A DNA stretch of 64,000 bases from Octopus vulgaris. Lineage: Eukaryota. The DNA is taken from contig OX597827.1 in NCBI GenBank assembly GCA_951406725.2, forward strand, positions 64,170,001 to 64,234,000, read 5' to 3'. Below are positions 1 through 12,678 of the stretch, piece after piece (position 1 is the first letter of the stretch; each line of letters begins with the position of its first letter). The notes below the pieces were generated by a model, which ran no database searches, was not told the DNA's origin, and saw only the letters and a list, made by a program, of their open reading frames with translations. A program made the position numbers and the translations under genes.

Positions 1-2745
1 AATACGAAGATTTGAGAAGAGAAACAAGTTTTACAAGCAAAATAAGCTGTTCACATCCAATGCCAAAAAATTCTACAGAGAAATAGGGAAGGAGAAAGTA
101 ACCGTTAAAGACCTCCCTCCCATGGAAGAAGTTCAAAACTTTTGGAAAAGTATTTGGAGTGACAAGAAGACGTACAACATAAATGCAGACTGGATTATAC
201 AAACTGAAGGATCCTACCAAAATTTACAACAACAAGCATGGGAAGACATCACAATAACAGACCTAAGAAAGGCACTCACGAAGGCCCATAATTGGAAATC
301 CCCCGGTAAAGATAGGGTGCCGAATTTCTGGCTCGCATCGCTCCCATGCGCACACGGTAAGCTAGTTCAGCTGCTCAATGGAATTATGAGAGACCCAAAG
401 AAAACACCTGAATGGTTAGCAAGTGGCATTACTTACCTACTCCCAAAGAATAACGAAACCAACCTTCCAAAAAACTATCGGCCTATAACCTGTCTATCCA
501 CCACGTATAAAATCCTAACATCTATCCTGGCGGAGAAAACATATGCATTCATGGAGAAGAACGATATTTTCCCCATTGAACAAAAAGGGTGCCGCCGAGG
601 CTCTTACGGATGCAAAGATCAACTGCTAATCAATCGTATGATCCTTGAGAACTGTCACAACAAGCGCAGAAATCTCAGCACCGCATGGATTGACTATAAA
701 AAGGCTTTCGACAGTATACCGCATCAATGGATCTTGAGATCGCTGGACATCTTCAAAATTTCCCCTGTGATTTCAAACTTCCTGAAGCACAATATGTCGT
801 TGTGGAATACGAATCTCCAATTATATCACTTTAATGGAGTACTTGCCTCAGAAAATATAAACATCAACTGTGGAATTTTTCAAGGTGACTCACTTTCACC
901 TTTAATATTCTGCATAGCCCTAATACCCCTTACAAGTGAATTAAACAGAACAGGGTATGGGTATAAAATTGCCAATAAAAAAATAAGCCATCTATTTTAT
1001 ATGGATGACTTAAAACTTTATGGTAAAGACAATAATGAACTTGAAGGCCTATTGTGCACTGTGAAAGCATTCAGCGATGACATCGGGATGGAGTTTGGAC
1101 TTGAGAAGTGTGCCAAGGCCACTTTCCAGAAAGGGAAAGTGAAGACCACAAATTCAGTCGTGTTAGATGTTGACACAGTCATAAGAGAGCTTGAGCAAGA
1201 ACAAACATACAAATATTTAGGGATAAATGAAGGCTCTGGTATTCAGCATGCAAGCATGAAAGAGAAGATCAGGAAGGAATGTTATAGGAGAGTTCGTGCA
1301 GTCCTGAAATCTGAACTAAATGCACGTAACGAGGTGTTAGCTATAAATTCCTTAGCAGTTCCAGTTGTTACTTATAGCTACAATGTGTTGAACTGGAATA
1401 TGAGTGAAGTAAAGAATATAGATAGGAAAATACGCAAGCTGCTGAGTTGTAATAGGATGCACCACCCAAAGGCAGATGTAGATCGCCTTTACCTTCCCAG
1501 AGCCCAAAGAGGTCGAGGCCTGATCCAATTTGAAGTAGCTTACAAAACAACCACAATTGGACTGGCCAAATATCTCGAAATATCGAATGACTGGATGCTA
1601 AAGCTCGTGGAAAATCACGAGAGACGAAAGAAGCTTCATTCTATTATAAAGGAAAGCAAAAATTTACTATTGATCTCGTGCAGAATACCCAAACAGAACA
1701 ACCCGAGGGAAGTACGGCAATTATTGTTGCAAAGAAGGTGAAAATAATGGCAACGAAAAAAGCGTACGAGCAATTGGCTGATAGGTGGGAGGAGAAACCT
1801 CTGCACGGCAAATATGTGACCCGCAGCAAACAAGCTGATGTTGACCAGAAGCAAACCCATCAGTGGCTACGGAGCTCAGGGCTAAAAGCAGAGAGCGAAG
1901 GTTTCATCCTGGCTGCTCAAGATCAAAGCCTATTAACCCGGAACTACCAGGCCAATCTGATGAAAAATGGAGCAGACCCAAAATGCCGATTCTGCAACAA
2001 CATGATTGAAACAGTGGACCACCTAATCTCTGGATGTAAAGTCTTAGCTCCAGTGGAGTATAAATTAAGACATGACAGAGTTGGCCAATATCTACACTGG
2101 CTAATAAGTCGGCATTGCAATATCAAAACTGCCGACAAGTGGTATAATCACCACCCTGAAGCTGTAACTGAGAGAGAAAATGTAACGATTCTGTGGGACT
2201 TTCCAGTACATACAGACCGAACCATCAAAGCCAATAAACCAGATATTGTTGTGAAAGACCAAAACAATAAAGTTTGCTTATTGATGGACATGAGCATCCC
2301 CTGTGATCATAATATCTCGGCGAAGAGTTTGACAAGCTCAGAAAATATAAAGACCTGCTCATTGAAATTGAGAAAATGTGGCATCTCAAGGCGGTTACAA
2401 TACCAGTGATCGTAGGAGCACTAGGAATGATCAAGAAGGGAACCGAAAATTATGTGAGAATGATCCCTGGCTTACCATCCCTGCAAGAAGTGCAAAAGAT
2501 TGTCTTAACTGGTACATCACACGTATTGAGAAGAGCATTGTCGATGTGAGAACTATTACTACCCATGTATTTTAATTTAACTTTTAAAAAAAAAAATGAA
2601 CGAACTAGTGAGTTTAGTTTAATGGCCTACCAATGTATACTATGAGTTTCTTTGCCCTAGGAGTCGGGAAGACACTCGGAAAGAAATAGAAGCAAATTTG
2701 AAAGAAGAAAAAAGAAAGTAATAATAATAATAATAATAATAATAA

Positions 2746-2792
<47 letters not shown>
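1..2792 (+). mobile_element. R4/Dong-clade non-LTR retrotransposon (RT + CCHC + restriction-like endonuclease), cut off at its 5' end by the window edge, with 3' UTR and (TAA)n tail
   Basis: RT motifs YRPITCL, WIDYKKAFDS, GIFQGDSLSP and YMDD are followed by CRFC..ETVDHLISGC, RHD, ILWD and KPDIVV..D (RLE). The C-terminus reads PVIVGALG..QKIVLTGTSHVLRRALSM* (stop 2547-2549). A (TAA)n tail spans 2719-2791. Confidence 0.93.
2..2549 (+). pseudogene. LINE RT-RLE polyprotein broken by two single-base frameshifts (~1656-1661 and ~2323)
   Basis: The frame is open from position 2 (IRRFEKRNKF..). ORFs 122-1741, 1678-2409 and an unannotated third frame 2325-2549 (EFDKLRKYKDLLIEIEKMW..) join into one protein. 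Confidence 0.88.
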
Positions 2793-2793
<1 letters not shown>

Positions 2794-2904
2794 GACACTA
2801 CCACGACCACTATCATATTCAGTATTAATACAGCTGTAGAAGTTCTGAAAAGTAGTTTTGATAATAGTTTTTTTGAAGTACGTCGGTCATTTAAACATAA
2901 CGTC

Positions 2905-3132
2905 AAGTTAACGGCATGATTTTGCGGTTAAGAATCTCGCTTTGCAACCATGCGGATCGGCTGCAAGAAATCGCCACAAGAGGGCTATTGGTACATGTTT
3001 TTGATGGACCCCGAAAGGATGAAAGCCAAAGTCTACCTCGGCAGAATTTCACCTCAGAACGTAAAGACAGGCGAAACACCGCTAAGCATTTTGCCCGGCG
3101 CGGTAACGATTCTGCCAGGTCGCTCGCTGCCT
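2905..3132 (-). mobile_element. tRNA-derived SINE family A, partial diverged copy
   Basis: Reverse complement of the head aaggcggcgagctggcagaa..ttctgagttcaaattccgccgaggtcgactttgcctttcatcctttcggggtcg..gtacca seen in many copies in the window. Confidence 0.75.
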
Positions 3133-3389
3133 TAAATAAATTTAAAATAGTAATAAAAATAAAATGAAGATCAAATAAATAGTGAATGTGTTTAATTGGT
3201 AAAAGATGACCTTCCATAAGTATTACAATATATATATATATATGTATAGAGAGAGAAAGTCAACGATTATTGAAGAGATTGTAAGAAGCAACGAAAATTT
3301 TAGAAAAAATAAGTAAGTAAATGAGTTGAAATCAAACCGGTGAGTGTGTTAATTAATAAGGCATTAACACAGAATGACTCTCCCCAGAC

Positions 3390-3479
<90 letters not shown>

Positions 3480-3532
3480 TTACAATCAAATTTAGTACGG
3501 TATATATATTTATATATATATGCATTTAGTAC

Positions 3533-3613
<81 letters not shown>

Positions 3614-4068
3614 GGCGACGAGCTTCTTTCACTTTCTGTTTAGCAAAATGCACTCTCAAAGCTCTGGCCGGCCGGAGTTATAGTAGAAGTCATTTGTGTA
3701 AGGTGACGCGCAGTAGGACTGAACCCCCAAGAGCACATCGTTTGGAAGTAAGCTTCTTACCCACTCGTCCACAACACTGCATATATATAAAGAAAACACG
3801 AATACAAAAACAAAACAAAACAAAACAATTTAAATGGAGTTCGGCAAGCATGGAGAAACAATACCACTTCTTCGTTATGCAAAAAAACATACAAAACACA
3901 AATATTTAAATGGCGTTTGGCAGAGAACTACGTTAATCATAATAATCGATTCATGTATACATTATGCATGCAAGTGATTAATTATGCATGCATAATGCCA
4001 TGATTATGTGTATATTTGTTTTGTGTTACATATGTTGTTATATTTAAAGAATTTATAAATATTTCACA

Positions 4069-4176
<108 letters not shown>

Positions 4177-4210
4177 TATGTATGTATATATATGAATGTT
4201 TGTACGTATG

Positions 4211-4244
<34 letters not shown>

Positions 4245-4273
4245 CATATATATATATATATATACATCCACAC

Positions 4274-4328
<55 letters not shown>

Positions 4329-4548
4329 CATATATATGTGTGTGAGTGTGTGTGTGTGTGTATGTATAAACGTACGTATAAATATGTGTTTATGTCTGTG
4401 TGTGTGTATTTATGTAAAAGTTTTTAATTTCTTCAAGAATTATATTTGCAAATTAAATTTTAAAATGTGGGTGGTACAAGAGTACCACTGAAATCTGACA
4501 AAAGTTTCTAAAAAGTGCACACACACAACACCTACATACATACACAGA

Positions 4549-4647
<99 letters not shown>

Positions 4648-4680
4648 TGTATGTATGTATGTATGTACATATATATATAT

Positions 4681-4881
4681 AGTTAATCCAAACAAGAAAG
4701 CACAAAAAAAACACAACAACGCGAGGACGTGGAACAAATATAGTATTATTGGACGCTCAGGAAAGAAGGAAAGAAGGAGGGTTTAACGTTTCGAGCGGAG
4801 CTCTTCGTCGGAAACATAGAAGGAAAGATCCAGAGAAGGGAAGACATAGGGAAAAAATCGCCAACGGTACACACGCGGTCA

Positions 4882-4886
<5 letters not shown>
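4681..4886 (-). mobile_element. ~205-bp hammerhead-containing non-autonomous element (Penelope-derived/retrozyme-like), copy 1
   Basis: Near-identical to 7468-7676 and to the deleted copy at 8635-8774. It is flanked by (TA)n and contains a minimal hammerhead motif. Confidence 0.7.
4781..4815 (-). ncRNA. Minimal type I hammerhead ribozyme motif (U4C core variant)
   Basis: Minus strand reads GTTT-CCGACGA-A-GAGC TCC GCTC-GAAA-CG-TT-AAAC: 4-bp stem I, 4-bp stem II and palindromic AACGTT stem III. Confidence 0.7.
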
Positions 4887-4928
<42 letters not shown>

Positions 4929-5615
4929 AATACATATATATGCACACACACACATATATAGAAATACATGCATATAGATACATACATATGAGTGTGTGTG
5001 CGCGCGTAGGCATAAATGCATAAATACATGAACATGTTTGTGTGTGTTTTGTGGTATTAAAGGCGCAGAGGAAATCCACATGACACGTATTTATTCGTCT
5101 AATCGAGGCATTTATTTTAGAACATTCAGCGTAGTTTGCAACTGATTGGCAATTATTTGCTGCTACGGCTTATGCTAAATTTAAAGAGGATGAACGAAAC
5201 GGATGTATCTTGGGTGTTAATCGGACACAGGAAATATCCGGGTAGCCCGTTAGAAGAATCGGGGAGAAATGCATTGTCATATACCATTACGTTCTGGGTT
5301 CATCTTCCTGCGAGGTCAATTTTATAGGAGCAGGCGTGGCTGTGTGGTAAGAAGCTTTTTTCGCAACCACTTGGTTTTGGGTTCAGTCCCACTACGTGGC
5401 ACATTCGGCTAATGTATTCTGCTATTGCCTCGGGCCAAGCAAAGACTTGTGAGTGGATTTGGTAGACGGAAACTTAATGAAAACTGTCTTATGTATGTAT
5501 GTATATGTATGTATATCTATGTATGTATGTATGTATGTATGTATCCCGTCCGTGTTTTTTGTGTCGTCTTCTAAATGTTTCACGTTCTTGTCCTGTTTGT
5601 ATATTTTTTTACTTT

Positions 5616-5681
<66 letters not shown>

Positions 5682-5722
5682 TAAATAAATGGAGTTTAAC
5701 GCAGGTGTAATCAAATATTTTT

Positions 5723-5808
5723 ACTTTCGACACATGTTTCGAAAATTCCACTGATACTATTCAAAAGAATAAATGGTATAAACAATGCAATCTTCTACTC
5801 AGGAAAGT
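5723..5808 (-). ncRNA. Type I hammerhead ribozyme motif with long stem II loop (G8U variant, probably inactive)
   Basis: Minus strand reads ACTTTC-CTGAGTA-GAAGATT..AATTTTC-GAAA-CATGTG-TC-GAAAGT: 6-bp stem I and 7-bp stem II. Confidence 0.68.
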
Positions 5809-6127
5809 GAAAAAAGCGAAACTCGTCAATAAGACATTTTAGCAAAAACTGATGGATTTGTATAGCAATACACAGAACGCTATTAATATTGTTTAAAAAA
5901 ACGTTATATGATATAACGTCATAAGTAGCTAACAGAAAGAGTAGGGATACCAATAGTGAATGTTAAATATAAAGGAAATTAAAGTTTAAATTATATATAA
6001 TGATAGAGACTACTCATATGCACTATTTATTTATTTTTTCCGTGTTAATTGTTAACAAGGTAAAAATACACTCATCTGTTTATATATATATATATACATA
6101 CATCCATACATACATATACACACACTA

Positions 6128-6161
<34 letters not shown>

Positions 6162-6169
6162 GTGAGCAC

Positions 6170-6385
6170 CCCACAGACACGTGTACCCTTAACGTAGTTC
6201 TATTAGAGATACAGCGTGACACAAAGTGTGACAAGGCTAGCCCTTTGAAATACAAGTACAACTTATTTTTGCCAGCTGAGTGGACTGGAGCAAAGTGAAA
6301 TAAAGTGTCTGCTCAAGGAAACAACGCGTCGCCGGGAATTGAACTCACGACCTTACGCTCGTGAGCGGAATGCCAAACCACTAAG
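6170..6385 (-). mobile_element. tRNA-derived SINE family C, partial
   Basis: Matches the copies at 51168-51452 and 61990-62312 (gttgctccagtccactcagctggcaaaa core, tRNA A/B-box head). Confidence 0.75.
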
Positions 6386-6740
6386 CATGGCTCAGTGGTT
6401 GGAGCGTCGAACTTACGATCGTGAGAGTGTGAGTTCGATTCTCGGACCGGGCTACGTGTTATGTTCTTGAGCAAGACACTTTATTTCACGTTGCTGTAGA
6501 AATGAGTTGCGACGTCACAGATGCCAAGCTGTATCGGCCCCTTTGCCTTTCCCTTGGATATCATCGGGTGTGTGGAGATGGTGGGTGGCTGGTATGCAGG
6601 GGCGACTGGAGTTGATCTTCCATAAACAAAACAATCCTAGGTTGTGCGTTCGCATATCAGGCGACTTTCCGCCCAGAGTTGTATCCCGGAGGGGAACCTC
6701 TTAGGTGCACCCATGGTCATTCGTGACCGAGGGAGTCGAG
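6386..6740 (+). mobile_element. tRNA-derived SINE (family C-related head, RTE-like tail)
   Basis: Head tggctcagtggttggagcg..gagttcgattc (A/B boxes) and gttcttgagcaagacactttatttcacgttgc. Ends gtgaccgagggagtc before (TA)n. Confidence 0.7.
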
Positions 6741-6742
6741 TA

Positions 6743-6874
<132 letters not shown>

Positions 6875-6925
6875 CATATATATATACATATATATATACA
6901 TATATACACACACATATATATATAC

Positions 6926-7002
<77 letters not shown>

Positions 7003-7204
7003 CATATATATATGTATGTATGTATGTATAAACTTATATGTGTGTGTCTGTATTTGTGCCTCATCATCGCTTTACAGCCGGTGTTGATGCGTTTATGTCC
7101 CTGTAACTTAGTGGTTCGGCAACAGAAACGATAAAATAAGTACTAGGCTTTAAATAGTAAGTCCTAGGGTTGAATTGTTTGACTAAAATCCTTTAAGGCT
7201 TTAA

Positions 7205-7295
7205 CAATCCTTTAACAATCACAATTGCGCTGGGATGGCCATGTCGTCAGAATGAGTGCCGAAAGAATAGCCAAAGAATACCAAAGATTGAGAAT
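7205..7295 (+). mobile_element. RTE LINE fragment
   Basis: Translates QSQLRWDGHVVRMSAERIAK, the RTE C-terminal LRWxGHVxRM motif. Confidence 0.65.
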
Positions 7296-7360
7296 GAGCA
7301 CTGGAATTTGACTGCATGGCTGCAGTTAAATGACTGAAACAAGTTAAAAAGAATACACAC

Positions 7361-7455
<95 letters not shown>

Positions 7456-7467
7456 GTATATATATAT

Positions 7468-7676
7468 AGTTAATCCAAACAGGAAAGCACAAAAAAACAC
7501 AACAACGCGAGGACGTGGAACAAATATAGTATTATTGGACGCTCAGGAAAGAAGGAAAGAAGGAGGGTTTAACGTTTCGAGCGGAGCTCTTCGTCGGAAA
7601 CATAGGAGATGTAAAGATCCAGAGAAGGGAAGACAGGGGGAAAAAATCGCCAACGGTACACACGAGGTCACATTTT
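7468..7676 (-). mobile_element. Hammerhead-containing non-autonomous element, copy 2 (motif at 7567-7601)
   Basis: Near-identical to 4681-4886 with an identical hammerhead motif. Confidence 0.7.
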
Positions 7677-7692
7677 GAAAGACCGGAAGGAA

Positions 7693-7750
<58 letters not shown>

Positions 7751-7752
<2 letters not shown>

Positions 7753-8048
7753 AGGCGCAATGGCCCAGTGGTTATGGCAGCGGACTCGCGGTTGAAAGAT
7801 CGCGGTTTCGATCTTGTGAGTGTTTATTGAGCGAAAACACCTAAAGCTCGATGAGGCTCCGGTAGGGAGTGGTGGCGATCTCTGCTGTACTCTTTCGCCA
7901 CAACTTTCTCTCACTCTTTCGTCTGTTGTCCTGCTCGCTTAGCCAGCGGGCTGGCGTCATTTGAAGGCTAAAGCAATGCGAAGCGCATTGTGACCAGCGA
8001 TGTGTAGCCATATCTGATAGCCTGGTCGGTCACGGTGATCACGGTGAT
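7751..8048 (+). mobile_element. tRNA-derived SINE family D
   Basis: Head ggaggcgcaatggcccagtggtt..gactcgcgg..ggtttcgat. Homologous to 50398-50696, 34650-34915 and 61800-61984 (minus). Confidence 0.75.
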
Positions 8049-8089
8049 ATATATATATATATACACATATATATATATGTATATATGAT

Positions 8090-8520
8090 AGACTCTTCCG
8101 TCGGTTTCGACGTATGAGACTCCGACAACGTACTTTTTCTTTGTCCGTCATAATGCTAATGTCGAATATGACGTTTAAGCCCCGGCAACGCATTACAAAG
8201 AAGGCTACAGATGTTGCAAGTATGAGGTCAGTGCAGGTAGTATAATTACAGCCGCTTTCCTCCTTTGCCTTGCACCCCGAAGCCTGTTAATGCTGGTTGC
8301 AACAAAGCATTTAATAGCATTTTGACACAACGCTCTCCAGTTTGTTCTTCCCAAGGCTGTTCGCTCAAAGGTGTTGTGAGCTATCTTCATTTCCAAGAGG
8401 TTACTCTTCAGCTTGTCCTTATATCTGAGCATGGTCGACCAATGCTCACTCTCAAACTGGCTGTGCACGAGGACTTTGGATATTCTTTAGTCACTCATTC
8501 TGACAACATGGCCACCCCAC
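8090..8520 (-). mobile_element. RTE LINE 3' end, decayed
   Basis: Minus translation ..RYKDKLKSNL..TFERTALGRTNWRALCQNAIKCF..RQRRKA.. with a CxxC..H remnant. Tail gtcgaaaccgacggaagagtc. Confidence 0.8.
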
Positions 8521-8545
8521 ATACATACATACATACATACATACA

Positions 8546-8634
<89 letters not shown>

Positions 8635-8639
<5 letters not shown>

Positions 8640-8770
8640 ATCCAAACAAGAAAGCACAAAAAAAACACAACAACGCGAGGACGTGGAACAAATATAGTAT
8701 TATAGGACGCTCAGAAAAGATCCAGAGAAGGAAGACAGAGGAAAAAAATTGCCAACGGTACACACTAGGT

Positions 8771-8774
<4 letters not shown>
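8635..8774 (-). mobile_element. Hammerhead-element copy 3 with the ribozyme deleted
   Basis: Same ends as 4681-4886, but jumps from ggacgctcag to aaaagatccagag. Confidence 0.7.
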
Positions 8775-8816
<42 letters not shown>

Positions 8817-8954
8817 CATATATGCGACGGGCTTCTTTCAGTTTCCGTCTACCAAATCCACTCACAAGGCTTTGGTCGGCCCAAGGCTATAGTAGAAGAC
8901 ATTTGCCCGAGGTGCCACGCATTGGTACTGAACCCGGAACCATGTGGTTGGTAA

Positions 8955-9130
8955 ACTTGTCCTTATATCTGAGCCATGGTTGTCCAACATTCCTGTGCTC
9001 ACTCTCAAGCTGGCTGTGTACGAGGACTTTGGGTATTCTTTCGTCACACATTTTGACGACATGGCCACCCCAGCGCAATTATGATTGTATAAGGAAGCTC
9101 TCAATTCCACCAATCTTACATTTGCTAAAC
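8955..9130 (-). mobile_element. RTE LINE fragment
   Basis: Minus translation LRWGGHVVKMCDERIPKVLVHSQLESEHRNVGQPWLRYKDK. Confidence 0.8.
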
Positions 9131-9183
9131 ATATATCGTATTATATTATATTATATTATACCATATATTATATTTACGTGCAT

Positions 9184-9582
9184 AGGCGTAGGAGTGGCTG
9201 TGTGGTAAGTAGCTTGATTACCAACCACATAGTTCCGGGTTCAGTCCCACTGCGTGGCACCCTGGGCAAGTGTCTTCTACTATAGCCTCCAGCCAACCAA
9301 AGCCTTGTGAGTGCATTTGGTAGACGGAAACTGAAAGAAGCCCGTCGTATATATGTATATATATATGTGTGTGTTTGTGTGTCTGTGTTTGTTCCCCCAA
9401 CATCGCTTGACAACCGATGCTGGTGTGTTTACGTCCCCGTAACTTAGCGGTTCGGCAAAAAAGACCGATAGAATAAGTACTAGGCTTGCAAAGAATAAGT
9501 CCTGGGGTCGATTTGCTCGACTAAAGGCGGTGCTCCAGCATGGCCACAGTCAAAAGACTGAAACAAGTGAAAGAGTAAAAGA
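9184..9582 (+). mobile_element. tRNA-derived SINE family B, full length, with internal (TA)/(TG) microsatellite
   Basis: Head ggcgtaggagtggctgtgtggtaag..gggttcagtccc, internal repeat, then 3' part cgtaacttagcggttcggc..tccagcatggccgcagtcaaatgactgaaac. Other copies or halves occur at ~3615, 5330, 7040, 8825, 10455, 11100, 11675, 32520, 46470, 50080, 60010, 60690 and 61225. Confidence 0.85.
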
Positions 9583-9676
9583 ATATATATATGCACAACA
9601 CGCAAACATACGAATTTCAGAGAACAGATGCATTCACACGTACGCATATACATACATACACACACATATATATGCG

Positions 9677-9708
<32 letters not shown>

Positions 9709-9761
9709 CTTGTATGCATACATTTATACAAATACATACATACATGCATATGTGTGTGTAT

Positions 9762-9793
<32 letters not shown>

Positions 9794-10627
9794 GCATAAT
9801 CACATATATATGCATAATCACACGTCTACACGTACAAACATAAACAACAACAAAACAAAAATCGCCACCCCACCACCACCACCAACACCAACATCAACGC
9901 CGACACCAACAATAGTAGCAGCTTCGGCTGTATCGGCAGCAGCAGCAGCAGCAGCAGTAGTCAAAAATATGAATATTCAAATACTTGAAGCGGTAAATTC
10001 CTGTTTTGAAAAATCTGTTGGTTTCGGGCAGAAAGAAAGAAAGAAAAAAATTGCCGCCATTTTTATTGATTGTTGTGGCTGTTTTGTTCTTGATTTCCGC
10101 GCTCTTTGTGTGTGTGTGTGTGCGTGCTTGTGTGTTTGTATGTGTGTGTGTATGTTTATTCTGCTTTGTATTTGTTGTTCTTCTCGTTGTTATAATGCTG
10201 TTTCGTAGCTTCAAGCTACATGTACTGCGCTATAAACACAAAAAGCACGAATATTTAAACAGCGTTTAGGCAGAAACAAAAAACCAAAAACCAAAAACAA
10301 CAGCGATTAAATTAATAACAATTATTAATATCATTATTATTATTGTCAATATGATTATGCTGTTATGACTACAATATAATAATAATTTCAATAATTTATA
10401 AACGACATGATGTTTATGTTATTCGTTATATTTATCTTTTGTATTTAGCTGCATGCATGGCTGTGTGGTCAAGCAGCTCGCTTACAGCCATGTGGTTTTG
10501 GGTTCAGACTCACTGCTCGGCATCTGAAACAAGTTTTTTTTTCTAGTATATCTCCAGGCAGACCAATGCTTTATGAATGAATTTTGTAGACGGAAACTAT
10601 GTAGAAGCCTGTTTATATACAAATGTT

Positions 10628-10669
<42 letters not shown>

Positions 10670-10879
10670 GGTGTGTGGTAAAATATTTGCTTCCCAACCA
10701 CATGGTTCCGGGTTCAGTCCCGCTGATTAAGTGTCTTCTACTATAGCCCCGAGCCGACCACAGCCTTGTGAGTCGATCTGGTTAACGGAGACTACACACA
10801 CATCAAGTATGTGCGCGGGCACGTGTGTGAACTCTGTCAGTGATTCATATATCCGAAAGAATTAGTAATATCTAGAAGG

Positions 10880-11032
10880 TTCTTTGTTATGGTCAATCAG
10901 AGAGTGACCATTGGTTTCGCACCTATAAAGCCTTTAGCTGCATGAGCAACTCGTGAGACTCAAATCTGATGAGTTACCGACACAGCTAAGCGCAAAACCG
11001 ATGGTCACTCTCTGACCGGTCATAACAAAGAA
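10880..11032. mobile_element. Palindromic MITE-like element
   Basis: Arms ttctttgttatg..cagagagtgaccattggttt and aaaccgatggtcactctctg..cataacaaagaa. A related half copy lies at 34240-34340. Confidence 0.7.
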
Positions 11033-12678
11033 ACTCATATACATACATACATTCATACATACATACATAAATAAATAAATAAATATATATATATATTCTT
11101 TTATTCTTTTATTTGTTTCAGTCATTTGACTGCGGCCATGCTGGAGCACCGCCTTTAGCCGAACAAATCGACCCCAGGACTTATTCTTTGTAAGCCTAGT
11201 ACTTATTCTATCGGTCTCTTTTGCCGAACCGCTAGGTTACGGGGACGTAAACACAGCAGCATCGGTTGTCAAGCGATATTTGGGGGACAAACAGACGCAT
11301 TTGAACTCAGAACGTAGCGGCAGACGAAATACCGTTAAGCATTTCACCCGGCGTGCTAACGTTTCTGCCAGCTCGCCGCCTTGAAGGAAAGAAATATTCT
11401 TTTCTACTCTCGGCACATGACCCGAAATTTTTGTGGAGGAAGCCAGTCGATTAGATCGACCTTAGTACGCAACTGGTACTTGATTTATCGACTCTGAAAG
11501 ATGAAAGGTAATGTCGACCACGGTGGAAAGAAGGAAAGAAATATTGCTAGGTATCCAGTCTCCAGCTTTTTCAGTCCCGCCAAATCTCTGATTAGAACTT
11601 TTTTTCCTCTTTTATTGACGTCTCCGCAAAAACGAAAATCTTTTATACGTATGAAAGCATTTTTATACATATACGTGGCTGTGTGGTAAGAAGCTTGGTT
11701 CTCAACCACGTGGTTCTGGGTTCAGCCTCACTGCGTGGCACAAAGCGTTGTGGATTTGGTTGACGGAAACTAAAGAAACCCGCAATACATATATATGTGT
11801 ATGTGTGTGTGTTTATACCCTACTACCGCTTGGCAACCAGTGTTGGTGTGTTTACGTCCCTGAAACTGAGCGGTTCGGCTAAAGAGACGGAAGAATAAGT
11901 ACTAGACTTCAAAATAAATCAAGTCCTGGAGTCGATATGTTCAGCTAAAAACCGCTAAATGTGGTGCCCCAGCATGACCGCAGTCAAATGACTGAAACAA
12001 GTATAAGAAAATAATAGAAAAATATGTCTTTGGTGTGATTTCAACTCAGAGCAAAGAGTGTCAGAAAAAAATTTGGTTCCATATTTCGGTACAAGGCCAA
12101 CAATTTCGGTGGCGGGGGCCAGTCGATTACATCGACCCCAGTACTCAACTGGTACTTATTTTATCAACCCCGAAAGGAAGAAAATCCAAGCTGACCCCCA
12201 GTGGCATTTAAACTCAGAATGCTTAGCGACATTTTATCCGGCAAGCTGGCAGAAACGGTAGTAAGCCGGGCGAAATGTTTAGCGGTATTTCGTCTGCCGC
12301 TACGTTCTGAGTTCAAATTCCGCCGAGGTCGACTTTGCCTTTCATCCTTTCGGGGTCGATTAAATAAGTACCAGTTACGCACTGGGGTCGATATAATCGA
12401 CTTAATCCGTTTGTGTGTCCTTGTTTGTCCTCTCTGTGTTTAGCTCCTTGTGGGTAGTAAAGAAATAGGCATTTTATCTGGCGTGCTCGCCGCCTTAATG
12501 TATGTATACATATCGGCTTCAAATTTTGGCACAAGGCCAGCAAGTTTGAAGGAGGGGTGAGTCGATTAAATTAACACCAGTGGTTCACTGGTACTTATTT
12601 TATGAATTCTGAAAAGATGAAAAGCAAGGTTGACCTCGGTGGAATTTGAAGTCAGAGCGTTAAGTCTGAAGAAATGCC

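Noticed and set aside
10966-10973. CTGATGAG hammerhead half-core inside the MITE loop
   Set aside because: No GAAA or stem architecture follows.
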